The position numbers were made by a program, and so were the translations under genes. A stretch of 31,775 nucleotides of DNA, taken from Armatimonadota bacterium. GTDB lineage: Bacteria; Armatimonadota; Fimbriimonadia; Fimbriimonadales; ATM1. The stretch covers positions 1-31,775 of the forward strand of contig RFHN01000150.1 of NCBI GenBank assembly GCA_003695835.1. The letters run 5' to 3'. The notes under the pieces are model-generated. The model had not been told where the DNA came from, made no database searches, and was given only the letters and a program-made list of their open reading frames with translations. Each line of letters opens with the position of its first letter. The first letter of the stretch is position 1. Shown in pieces: positions 1-8,261 of the stretch.

Positions 1-92
1 CTCTTGAACACCGGATACAGCAGCGCAGCCAACACCGCCACGATCGTCAGCACCGACAACACTTCAATCAGCGACAGTCCACGTTGTTTCAT
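1..92 (-). CDS. Prepilin-type N-terminal cleavage/methylation domain protein (partial, runs off the left edge)
   Basis: Manual translation from ATG at 92 gives MKQRG|LSLIEVLSVLTIVAVLAALLYPVFK: a class III signal peptide (G|xxxxE plus hydrophobic helix). SD GGAGG at 100-104, 7 nt upstream. Absent from the ORF track because it is truncated. Confidence 0.85.
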   Translation of the reverse strand, partial: MKQRGLSLIEVLSVLTIVAVLAALLYPVFK

Positions 93-197
93 CGCCATGC
101 CTCCCATCGCTCGATGGCAACCCCACGCGGCTGGCTAGCGACGACGCGCAGGGATGAGTCCAGACAGTAGTACCGAAGTATCCAGTACGCATTCAGT
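89..197 (-). pseudogene. Remnant 3' end of a second redoxin-like gene
   Basis: Reads LNAYWILRYYCLDSSLRVVASQPRGVAIERWEAWR*, paralogous to the C-terminus of 314-877 (LNAYWMPRYYLLDSSLRVVECQPRGVDLQEWGGWE*). It has no start codon or N-terminal part. Confidence 0.8.
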
Positions 198-317
198 GCC
201 CGCGTCCAACGCCCGCATCCGAACGCTCTTGAACACCGGATACAGCAGCGCAGCCAACACCGCCACGATCGTCAAGACCGACAGCAGTTCGATCAAAGTC
301 AAGCCTCGCCGTCTCAT
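135..317 (-). pseudogene. Truncated prepilin-type gene (60 aa: pilin N-terminus plus an out-of-frame tail)
   Basis: MRRRG|LTLIELLSVLTIVAVLAALLYPVFKSVRMRALDA. The ATG overlaps the upstream stop (ATGA) and follows a GGAGG. After about codon 40 it runs into an off-frame copy of the redoxin 3' end. Confidence 0.7.
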
Positions 318-877
318 TCCCACCCTCCCCATTCTTGAAGGTCCACCCCGCGAGGCTGGCACTCCACCACGCGCAAGGACGAGTCGAGAAGGTAGTACCG
401 AGGCATCCAATACGCGTTGAGTTGAACGGCGAGAACGCCTTTGGGGTCAGCAATCGCGCAAAACTGGGAAGGCAACCGTTCGGCTTTCCGCCGTACGGTT
501 TCCTCCGAACTCAGCCACACGAGGATCACTCGGTCGCGCTCGCCGTGCCGAAGCGACGCTGGGTTCACTTGAGAAGCTGACCAGGAGTCGCAGGGGCCGA
601 GGACGGCCAGCAACACACGGTCGGAGCCACGCACAAATGCCGCCAGGTCACGACCCAGCACATCGCGTGTCGGGAGCATTGGCTTCGCACCCACAGCCGG
701 ATCCCGCGACGGGTCAAACACCGGTTGACGTTCGTACGGGGTTCGCAAGGATCGAAGAGATTCCGGAACGCCCAGATAGGTGAGGAAGGCGATGAGCACG
801 CCAGCCCAGACCAGCGACATCCACCCAATGGCGGTCCAATCTGGTCGAACATCCCCCTGACTCTTCGTTGTGCCCAT
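314..877 (-). CDS. Membrane-anchored thioredoxin/redoxin-like protein (187 aa)
   Basis: Start at ATG 877 with GAGGA upstream; N-terminal TM helix; LLAVLGPCDSWS at the CxxC position; C-terminal 'IADPKG..LNAYWMPRYYLLD' resembles a redoxin beta-strand region. The family call is by resemblance only. Confidence 0.6.
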   Translation of the reverse strand: MGTTKSQGDVRPDWTAIGWMSLVWAGVLIAFLTYLGVPESLRSLRTPYERQPVFDPSRDPAVGAKPMLPTRDVLGRDLAAFVRGSDRVLLAVLGPCDSWSASQVNPASLRHGERDRVILVWLSSEETVRRKAERLPSQFCAIADPKGVLAVQLNAYWMPRYYLLDSSLRVVECQPRGVDLQEWGGWE

Positions 878-939
878 CGGAGCGTCCTCTATGCACTCAT
901 GCCCGCTCGCAGGCGATTTGTGACACCGCGAACAGACGG

Positions 940-1410
940 TCACTCCCTTTTCAATACCTCTCGCAAGCGCTTTCGGAGGCGCCTCACCCGCTGACGCAAG
1001 GCAGGGGCGGAGACGCCGAACACGGAGGTCAACTCCTGATAAGGCACGCCTTCCAACAGGACGAGCTCGAGAAGCCGGCAATCCTCCTCCTCTTCGATCC
1101 CCGCAAACTCGCACGTTTGACGAAGAACGTCACGAGCGGAATCCAAGACTTCTCGTCCTTTCCGATCGGACAAACCGACAGAGAGGTCGTCGAGAAAGAG
1201 CTCCCGACGCCTCCTGCGAAGAACGTGGTAGGCGACCCTTTCGCCCACCGCTTTGGCCAGCGCTGAATCGCCGACATGCTCTGCTCCCCACTTGCGCAAG
1301 ATCAATAGGATCGTGTCCATCGCCACGTCCTCTGCTTCCGACTGGCTCAAGCCAAAGCCAGCCTTCACATGCTGGACGACAACCCGGTACGCCGACCGCC
1401 AACGCTCCAT
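940..1410 (-). CDS. ECF-type sigma-70-like factor (156 aa)
   Basis: Region 2-like 'SEAEDVAMDTIL' and region 4 HTH-like 'GVPYQELTSVFGVSAPALRQRVRRLRKRL'; size typical of ECF sigma factors. Confidence 0.7.
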   Translation of the reverse strand: MERWRSAYRVVVQHVKAGFGLSQSEAEDVAMDTILLILRKWGAEHVGDSALAKAVGERVAYHVLRRRRRELFLDDLSVGLSDRKGREVLDSARDVLRQTCEFAGIEEEEDCRLLELVLLEGVPYQELTSVFGVSAPALRQRVRRLRKRLREVLKRE

Positions 1411-1475
1411 GGGAGAATCGTACCCGCCTACAATTCTTTCTGGTACTGGAGAGTTCGCGCCGATCGGTGCCCGAC

Positions 1476-3686
1476 CTAACCCCTGGAGCGCAAAAAGCGG
1501 ACAGGCGCGGGACCTTCTATGCGAAGCGAAACAGAGTCGGCTCCGCCCTGCTCGAAGAAGTCCAACACAAACGGATAGACACCCCGCTTCATCTTAACCC
1601 GCACGGAACGCTCCACATAGGCGTGCAGCCCGTCGTGATCTACGACTGTCGCACCGGCAATCCGAAGAACGCTTCCATCGTCGCTCCCCAAACGAAACTC
1701 ATACTCCCCGTCCTCTACGACCTCCAGGAATCCTTCGAAGCGGATTCCGTACTGTTCCTCCCGTGGCTTCACGTGCACACCCACGCGATCCGTAACTCCC
1801 GTCTCGGCCGGTGAGAGGCGACTGAAGTCCGGAAGGCGAGACCACGAACCAAGATAGGTGCTATATTGGATTCCCGGTACTAAATCGGCTGGGCGCTCGC
1901 CTTTCGGAGACACGCACGCGACGCGAATCTCGTCACTCGGCTGCTCACCGTCCAACGTGAACATCGCAGCGCGAAGGACCGTACCCGCTCGAATTTCGAA
2001 CGGCTTCTGATACCGTGTCGAGCTACGCGTCGGGGGCGTTCCATCCGTTGTATATCGAATCACCATCCCTGGGGGCGCCGGAGCGAACGCGACGGTCATC
2101 GCGTCGTCGAACGTCAGCGTCGGGCCAGCGGGTACGGGCGAAGGCAACCGGTAAGGGACTCGGAGGGCGTCCAATCGCGCATAGTGCTCGTTGAGGCGAG
2201 CGAGGAAGTCTTCGAGGTCCTTGCGCTCTTTGGGCGTCCAGACGGCCTCTGCAAGCGCGAGCGCACGCGGAAAGGCCATGTAGAGCACGCGATCCTCGGT
2301 CGGCATCCACTCCGTCCAGAGGTTCCCTTGCGCACCCAGAATCAGGTACGCCGCGCCTTCTGGTATCTCATCGGGAACAGGATCGAACTCGTACACTTCC
2401 TCTGTGGGAGTTGTTGCATACGAATAGTCGAAATAACAGTGGGAGGTGGGACACATGACCGCGTGCCGGTTCTGTCGGACCGCCTCGATTCCACCCTCCA
2501 CGCCGCGCCATGACATGACGGACGCGTTGGGCGCAAGGCCTCCCTCGAGAATCTCATCCCAGCCGATCAGCGTGCGCCCATGCTCTGTCAAGAAGGCGTC
2601 AATCCGACGAATGAAGTAACTCTGCAACTCGTCAAGCGAGTGAAGATTCTCGCGTTCCATGCGCTCTTGACACCGACGGCAGTTTGCCCACCAGCCCTTA
2701 TATACCTCATCACCGCCAATATGAATGTACTTCGACGGGAACAGATCGAGGGTTTCCTCCAGGATGTTTTCGAGGAACTCGAACGTCTTCTCGCTTCCCG
2801 CGCAGTAGACGTTCTGGTTGGCGCCCGGCGGATCGCAGGCGAGTTCGGGATAGCACACGATCGAAGGCAGCGTATGTCCGGGCATTTCGATTTCGGGCAC
2901 GATGGTGATATGGAGAGAAGCCGCATAGGCGACAATCTCGCGAATCTCTCGCCGGGTGTAGTAGCCGCCGTATTCGTCTCCATCCCGCCGTTCGGGGAAC
3001 GAGAGCGCGGCCTGGCTCCATTCACCCCGCTTGGGAGCATCTCGCCATGCTCCCCGTTCGGTGAGCAGCGGATACCGAAGGCTCTCCATCCTCCACCCCC
3101 CATCGTCCACCAAATGCCAGTGGAAAACGTTGAACTTGTAGAGCGCCATCAGATCGAGGAACCGTTTGAGGAACTCGGGCGGGAAGAAGTGGCGGGAGAC
3201 GTCGAGGTGCATGCCTCGCCAAGAGAACCTTGGCCAGTCCACAACCCGAGCGGCAGGGACCTGCCAGGATCGCGGCTGGTCGGAGCGGCGCAGCGCCTCG
3301 GCTGGCAGCATCTGTTTGAGCGTCTGAATCCCGTAGAAGACTCCCGCGGGAGTGGCGCCCTCGATTGCGATTCCTTGTGGCTCCACCTCGAGGCGGTAGC
3401 CTTCCTCGCCCAACGGGTCACGGTCTCTGGCGCGTGCGATCCTCAAGAGCACGTCGTTTCCGTCCCCTTGGGAGCCTTGGATCGTCGGGACCGGGAATCC
3501 GGTCGCGGATCGCAAGAATCGAGCCAGGTGTTCCGCCTCGCTTTGCAAGCCGTCGGCGTAGATGACCTCTGTATCCCAAGAAAACTCGAAAGCGCCCTGC
3601 TGCCGCGCGTATTCGACGGGGCGCGGCACGATCGGGGGCATCGTCGCCACAGACGCAGCCAGAGGGACCACGGTCAACATCCACAT
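1476..3686 (-). CDS. Beta-N-acetylhexosaminidase (GH20) with C-terminal chitobiase/Fn3-like and PA14-like domains
   Basis: GH20 motifs RGMHLDVSRHF, FHWHLVDDGGWR, PEIEMPGH, catalytic HIGGDE, GAQGNLWTE; 'IRYTTDGTPP' and a PA14-like tail. Start moved to ATG 3686 (signal peptide MWMLTVVPLAA; CATAAT 6 nt upstream). Confidence 0.93.
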   Translation of the reverse strand: MWMLTVVPLAASVATMPPIVPRPVEYARQQGAFEFSWDTEVIYADGLQSEAEHLARFLRSATGFPVPTIQGSQGDGNDVLLRIARARDRDPLGEEGYRLEVEPQGIAIEGATPAGVFYGIQTLKQMLPAEALRRSDQPRSWQVPAARVVDWPRFSWRGMHLDVSRHFFPPEFLKRFLDLMALYKFNVFHWHLVDDGGWRMESLRYPLLTERGAWRDAPKRGEWSQAALSFPERRDGDEYGGYYTRREIREIVAYAASLHITIVPEIEMPGHTLPSIVCYPELACDPPGANQNVYCAGSEKTFEFLENILEETLDLFPSKYIHIGGDEVYKGWWANCRRCQERMERENLHSLDELQSYFIRRIDAFLTEHGRTLIGWDEILEGGLAPNASVMSWRGVEGGIEAVRQNRHAVMCPTSHCYFDYSYATTPTEEVYEFDPVPDEIPEGAAYLILGAQGNLWTEWMPTEDRVLYMAFPRALALAEAVWTPKERKDLEDFLARLNEHYARLDALRVPYRLPSPVPAGPTLTFDDAMTVAFAPAPPGMVIRYTTDGTPPTRSSTRYQKPFEIRAGTVLRAAMFTLDGEQPSDEIRVACVSPKGERPADLVPGIQYSTYLGSWSRLPDFSRLSPAETGVTDRVGVHVKPREEQYGIRFEGFLEVVEDGEYEFRLGSDDGSVLRIAGATVVDHDGLHAYVERSVRVKMKRGVYPFVLDFFEQGGADSVSLRIEGPAPVRFLRSRG

Positions 3687-3739
3687 GGCTCGATTATGTC
3701 CATTGACGCACGCGGCTTTGGACTCCATGGTAGTTTCGC

Positions 3740-4834
3740 ATGAACCGCGTTTGGCAACGACTTAAGCGATGGATGCTCGGGGATCGCGCGCCGACGGTTC
3801 CGCGATCGCTTACGCAAGCCTTGCGGTTTCCCGGAGGAGCGCAGGCGTCGTTTGGGCAGTCCCTGAGCCTTGCAACGTACGAGCAGATGCTGTGCGACCC
3901 GCTCGTGCGCTCCGCGGTTCAAGTCAAAAAGCTCGGAACGCTCGCCGTCCCTTGGCGGATCGTTCCAGCCGACGGCGAGCGCACGGAGTTCGTACGCTTC
4001 GCTCTGGAAGAGATCCACGGAAGCGTGCACACCATCCTGTACGACGCCCTCGACGCGGTGGCGAAGGGATTCGCGGTGATGGAGAAGGTCTTCCGCATTG
4101 TCGAGTCGGGCCCATTTCGCGGAAAAGTGATTTACGATGCCATCAAACCGAAGGACCCGTCCCTGTTCGGATTCGATACGGATGAGTTCCTGAACCTCCG
4201 CGCCTTGGTGTTGCACACCCCGGGAGAGACGGAGCGTCCGCTGCCCCGCGAGAAGTTCGTCGTCTATGCGTACAACCGACGGTACGGGCAACCGATGGGG
4301 GAGTCGGACCTACGATCGGCTTACGCACACTGGAAGCTGAAACGCGACCTGATCCAGCAATGGGCGGCGCACCTCGAGAAATTTGCCTCCCCGACCGTCG
4401 TTGGGCAGTACCGGAGAGGCTTGCCGGAGGACGCGCAGGCGGCTCTCTTGGATGCGCTGGATCGGCTCCAACGCCAGTCGGCCGTAGTGCATCCGGACGA
4501 CGTGAGCATCTCCCTGTTGGATGCCGGGCGCGAGGCGCGTTCTTCCTACTTGGAAGCGATTGACTATCACAACCGAGAGATCGCGCGCGCGATCTTAGGC
4601 GAGACACTGACAACGGACGACTCTCGCAAGGTCGGCTCCTTGACGCTGGGCAAGGTGCATCTTCAGGTCCTCATCATGCAGCTCGCCGGTTTGAGACGCG
4701 ACTTGGCCGAAACGGTCATGAACGAGCAGATTCTCCGACCCTTGATTGACCTGAACTACGGTAGCGGACCGTATCCGGTCTTTGAGTTTGACGAGCCGGT
4801 CTTGGACGTGTTCGTTACGGGTCAGGTGGTTTAG
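3740..4834 (+). CDS. Phage portal-like protein, DUF935 / Mu gp29 family (364 aa)
   Basis: Recognisable family segments: 'LDAVAKGFAVMEKVF', 'YGQPMGESDLRSAYAHWKLK', 'HLEKFASPTVVGQY', 'HNREIARAILGETLT', 'GSLTLGKVH', 'ILRPLIDLNYG..PVFEF'. Confidence 0.8.
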   Translation: MNRVWQRLKRWMLGDRAPTVPRSLTQALRFPGGAQASFGQSLSLATYEQMLCDPLVRSAVQVKKLGTLAVPWRIVPADGERTEFVRFALEEIHGSVHTILYDALDAVAKGFAVMEKVFRIVESGPFRGKVIYDAIKPKDPSLFGFDTDEFLNLRALVLHTPGETERPLPREKFVVYAYNRRYGQPMGESDLRSAYAHWKLKRDLIQQWAAHLEKFASPTVVGQYRRGLPEDAQAALLDALDRLQRQSAVVHPDDVSISLLDAGREARSSYLEAIDYHNREIARAILGETLTTDDSRKVGSLTLGKVHLQVLIMQLAGLRRDLAETVMNEQILRPLIDLNYGSGPYPVFEFDEPVLDVFVTGQVV

Positions 4835-5088
4835 AGCGAAAAGAAATCGCTTCGTCCGTTCCCTGCAATCCGCGACTCGCGCAACCTCCCGATCGTGGCA
4901 ATGAGCGCTTCGTCGGTGGCGCATCCCTCCCCAATGTAGCGGAGAAAGATGCCCAGGTACTTGTACGTTGCCGTCTGATAATACTTGGCGACCAACGCAC
5001 AGACCTCTTGAGCGCTCTTGGCCCTTTCGAACTCATGAGCGAAGGACTCCAGCCCCCGCCGAATGACCTCCACACTTGAAGACGGCAT
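4831..5088 (-). CDS. Small hypothetical protein (85 aa)
   Basis: Strong SD GGAGGAG 5 nt before the ATG; TACGAT -10 at 5109-5114; fills the gap between two genes; its stop overlaps the portal stop. Confidence 0.7.
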   Translation of the reverse strand: MPSSSVEVIRRGLESFAHEFERAKSAQEVCALVAKYYQTATYKYLGIFLRYIGEGCATDEALIATIGRLRESRIAGNGRSDFFSL

Positions 5089-5145
5089 ATCTACTCCTCC
5101 TGAGTGGAATCGTACCCGCAGTCGTGCTGCTCTGTGTGATCCCTG

Positions 5146-6087
5146 TCACAGCCGCACCCGAAACAGCTCCCGTTGCTCATTGACGATGAGCACCGTCTTC
5201 CCATCCAGCCACGTAACGCTCTCCGCCTGCTTCAGTGAGGGGATCGAGATCGTGCGACGGGGGGCAGCCAACCAATCTTCCCCGCTCTCCGGCTCGGACA
5301 GGATGAGCAGCGAAGGGGAGGGATAGAGGGAGAGAACGGCGAGGCGATGGCCATCCGGCGACAGGTCCGCCGCCGTCACCCACCCGGGAAAATCGGCGTG
5401 AACGGAGACGCGATCCAAGACGGCCGGCTCCGTGCCCCCCGCAAGCGGCAGACGGAGACTGTATAGCGCCGCCCCCTTGATCGGTAGGACGCTGCTGTTG
5501 TCGGCGCGCCACTTCGTAATAAAGTACAGCTTCGATCGCCACACGAACAGCGCCTCACAGTCGAATCTTCGTACTGTACCAGGAAATTCCTTTTGGTCGG
5601 GATAGCGCAAGCGCTGAGCGAGAGTTGCGGCGGCTTGGGTCGTCTGGTACGGGTTCGGCTCGGGCACGACATACACGGTCAGGTCGGTCCGCGAGTTTCC
5701 GTTGTTTCCGACGTCGCCGATGTACAGTTTCCCGTCATAGAGCGCGATGTCCTCCCAGTCCACATTTCTCGCATCCAAGATGGAGACACCCGGCCACGGA
5801 TCCCGTTTCGCCAACCATCGCGGCAGCTCCACACCCGGCGCCCAGCGCCAGACGGGAGCTACCTCGTAGCGATCGCGTTGGCCCGGCGGCATGACGACGG
5901 TCCCATCTGCGCGCACGGCGAAGATTCTCGCGACATCGCCGCTGTCGTTGTGCACCCAGGAAACGCCAGCGTACTGCCGACTCGCCACCATCCCGCTGAC
6001 CTCGCTGAGGGGAGGATGCGCCAGAACGAACTCGGGCTGAATCTCGATAACGGGAGTAACGAGGTACAGCAGTAGAGCGACGATCAT
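5146..6087 (-). CDS. Secreted hypothetical protein, likely beta-propeller (313 aa)
   Basis: Hydrophobic N-terminus; blade-like motifs 'EVSGMVAS', 'HNDSGD', 'DWEDIAL', 'LYIGDVGNN', 'FDCEALF', 'TAADLSPDG', 'QAESVTW'. Confidence 0.7.
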   Translation of the reverse strand: MIVALLLYLVTPVIEIQPEFVLAHPPLSEVSGMVASRQYAGVSWVHNDSGDVARIFAVRADGTVVMPPGQRDRYEVAPVWRWAPGVELPRWLAKRDPWPGVSILDARNVDWEDIALYDGKLYIGDVGNNGNSRTDLTVYVVPEPNPYQTTQAAATLAQRLRYPDQKEFPGTVRRFDCEALFVWRSKLYFITKWRADNSSVLPIKGAALYSLRLPLAGGTEPAVLDRVSVHADFPGWVTAADLSPDGHRLAVLSLYPSPSLLILSEPESGEDWLAAPRRTISIPSLKQAESVTWLDGKTVLIVNEQRELFRVRL

Positions 6088-6100
6088 AGCAGAGCCCTCG

Positions 6101-7126
6101 TTAGCGTTCTGCGCGCTGCTCTGGCTTCAGCGCCCGCCACACGGCTCGCGCGGACTGTAACAGGTCCGTGAACTGCTCGAAGTTCAACGTTTGCGCCCCG
6201 TCCTTCACCGCGCTTTCCGGATCAGGATGAATTTCTACCATCAAACCCATCGCTCCGGCGCCGATCGCCGCCAAGGCGAGCGGCTTGACGAACTCGCGGC
6301 GACCCGCCGCATGGCTCGGATCGGCGAGGATGGGGAGGTGCGTCCGCGTCCTTGCGACGGCGATTCCGGAAACGTCGAGGCTCGCACGCGTAAGGGGGTC
6401 GAACGAACGGATCCCTCTTTCACAAAGCAAAATCTGCCCATTTCCTGTAATGGCGATGTGCTCGGCGGCGTGTAGCCACTCTTCCACCGTACACCCAAAC
6501 CCCCGTTTAAGCAGGATCGGCTTTCCGCTCTGCCCGGCCTCGCGCAGCAGGTCGAAGTTCTGCATGTTGCGCGCGCCGATCTGCAGCACGTCCGCCACCT
6601 CGGCAACCATCGGTACCTGCTCCGGCGTCATGACTTCCGTCACCACCCCGACACCGAACTCTCGGCGCACCGATTGGAGCGCGCGAAGGGCCTCTTCGCG
6701 CCCACCCGGATACGAGTAGGGCGAAGTGGTGGGCTTGAACGCGCCGCCGCGCAAGAAGCGAACCCCTTGCGCAACGAGGAACCGAGCGATTTCAGCAAGC
6801 TGTTCCTCCGATTCCACCGTACAGGGACCTGCGATGACCCCAAGTTCATCGCCGCCAAACGCAAAACCGCGCACCTCGACGGGCTTGGTCGAAGCACCGC
6901 CTACTCGAGGGAGGACGCTGCCCAGACCGCGTACGTCTGCGACGCCGGCGTGCGCTTTGAGTTGACTTACGATATCCAGCGGCGGCTGCGCCCAGTGCCG
7001 CTCGGCGACCAGCAGAAGGATCGGGCCGGCTTGCACTTCAGAGACATCACAGCCCTCCGTCAGAAGCAAGGTCCGGACGCGCTCGATGCTTTCACGTGTC
7101 GCGTCCGGTCGAAACTCGATGATCAT
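6101..7126 (-). CDS. aroF: 3-deoxy-7-phosphoheptulonate (DAHP) synthase, class I-beta with N-terminal regulatory domain
   Basis: IAGPCTVES, QIGARNMQNF, LKRG, CERGIR, DPSHAAG, EIHPDP, DGAQTL. The KPR(T/S) motif reads KPTTS here. Confidence 0.9.
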   Translation of the reverse strand: MIIEFRPDATRESIERVRTLLLTEGCDVSEVQAGPILLLVAERHWAQPPLDIVSQLKAHAGVADVRGLGSVLPRVGGASTKPVEVRGFAFGGDELGVIAGPCTVESEEQLAEIARFLVAQGVRFLRGGAFKPTTSPYSYPGGREEALRALQSVRREFGVGVVTEVMTPEQVPMVAEVADVLQIGARNMQNFDLLREAGQSGKPILLKRGFGCTVEEWLHAAEHIAITGNGQILLCERGIRSFDPLTRASLDVSGIAVARTRTHLPILADPSHAAGRREFVKPLALAAIGAGAMGLMVEIHPDPESAVKDGAQTLNFEQFTDLLQSARAVWRALKPEQRAER

Positions 7127-8229
7127 GCTCGCGCGCTCTCCTTCATCACTTCCTCCAGCGCTTGCTCGAAGCGTTGGAGTTCCTCATCCGTGCCGACGGA
7201 CACCCGGATACAGTTAGGGCAGCCAAAGATGTCGCCACCACGAATCACTACGCCGCGGCGCAGAAGGGCGTGGCAAAGCCCGGCGGTCTCAAAGGGAAAC
7301 TCCGCCCACACGAAGTTTGCGTGGCTCTCGTACACTTTCGCGCCCTGCCCCTGGAGGATGGCGCTGAGTCGTTCAATCCCTCGTCGGTTCACTTCCATGC
7401 TCTTGCGCAGGTGATCCTCGTCGTCGAGCGCGGCAATCGCGGCCGCCTGTGCAAGCACATTGACGTTGAACGGTTCCCTTACCCGCTCAACCGCCTCGAC
7501 CCAGTCCTGCGGCCCGATCAGATACCCGACCCTCAACCCTGCGAGCGCGTACGTCTTGCTAAACGTCCGGAGACCGATCACCCTGTGCCCCGCCTCGAGC
7601 AACGTGCTGCTCGTGAGATAGTCGTCGCTTTCGCAAAACTCGTGGTACGCTTCGTCCAAGACGATGACGCAGCGATCCTGGTTCCGTTCCACGAAGGCTC
7701 GGAGGTCCGCCCCTGAGACGATCGTTCCGGTCGGGTTATTCGGGTTGGCGATGAAAACGAGGCGCGTGGTGTCGTCAATCGCCGCTTCCATTGCCGCGAG
7801 GTCGTGCTTCGCGTCGCCATCGAGAGGAACGAGCCGCAACTCCGCGTCGGCGAGGTGAGCGGCGGCGTAGTAGCGGACGAAGGAAGGCGTTGCAGCCACA
7901 ACGGAGTCGCCCGCATTTAAAAAGGAGACGCCAAGGTAGTGGATCAGCTCATCGCTACCGTTGCCGACGCAGATCTGCGTCTTCGGTAGGTGGAGACGCC
8001 GACTGAGCGCATCTTTGAGATCGGCGGCTGCGGCGTCCGGATACAGGTGCACGCGGTCGGCGAGCTCTCGAATGGCTTGAACGGCTCTGGGGGACGGGCC
8101 CAACGGGTTCTCGTTGCTCGCGAGCTTCACGACATCGCGGATTCCGAATTCGCGTTGAACCTCTTCGATCGGCTTCCCTGGGGAGTAAGGCTTTAGGTTC
8201 GCCAGGCAGGACCGCGGGCTGGTAGGCAT
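7123..8229 (-). CDS. hisC: Histidinol-phosphate / aromatic aminotransferase
   Basis: KLASNENPLGPSP, GNGSDELI, NPNNPTG, DEAY, PLP-lysine motif TFSKTYALAGLRVGY. The stop overlaps the aroF start (ATGA). Confidence 0.95.
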   Translation of the reverse strand: MPTSPRSCLANLKPYSPGKPIEEVQREFGIRDVVKLASNENPLGPSPRAVQAIRELADRVHLYPDAAAADLKDALSRRLHLPKTQICVGNGSDELIHYLGVSFLNAGDSVVAATPSFVRYYAAAHLADAELRLVPLDGDAKHDLAAMEAAIDDTTRLVFIANPNNPTGTIVSGADLRAFVERNQDRCVIVLDEAYHEFCESDDYLTSSTLLEAGHRVIGLRTFSKTYALAGLRVGYLIGPQDWVEAVERVREPFNVNVLAQAAAIAALDDEDHLRKSMEVNRRGIERLSAILQGQGAKVYESHANFVWAEFPFETAGLCHALLRRGVVIRGGDIFGCPNCIRVSVGTDEELQRFEQALEEVMKESARA

Positions 8230-8261
8230 GCCGGGATTTTGGCAAATCCGGCAATGGTACT

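Larger units (their letters stand above)
1..422. repeat. Imperfect direct repeat, 1-197 vs 226-422 (225-bp offset)
   Basis: Gap-free hand alignment gives 152/197 identical bases (about 77%). 1-49 is identical to 226-274. Confidence 0.9.

Noticed and set aside
1-422. CRISPR-like reading of the left-edge repeat
   Set aside because: Only two copies, both protein-coding and diverged, with no spacer pattern or cas genes.
2580-3743. 387-aa plus-strand ORF
   Set aside because: Antisense shadow of the well-supported GH20 gene; no motifs. Long antisense ORFs are expected in GC-rich coding DNA.
3687-5145. Prophage or att sites around the portal gene
   Set aside because: No integrase, tRNA, flanking direct repeats or other phage genes visible, so it was not called a mobile element.
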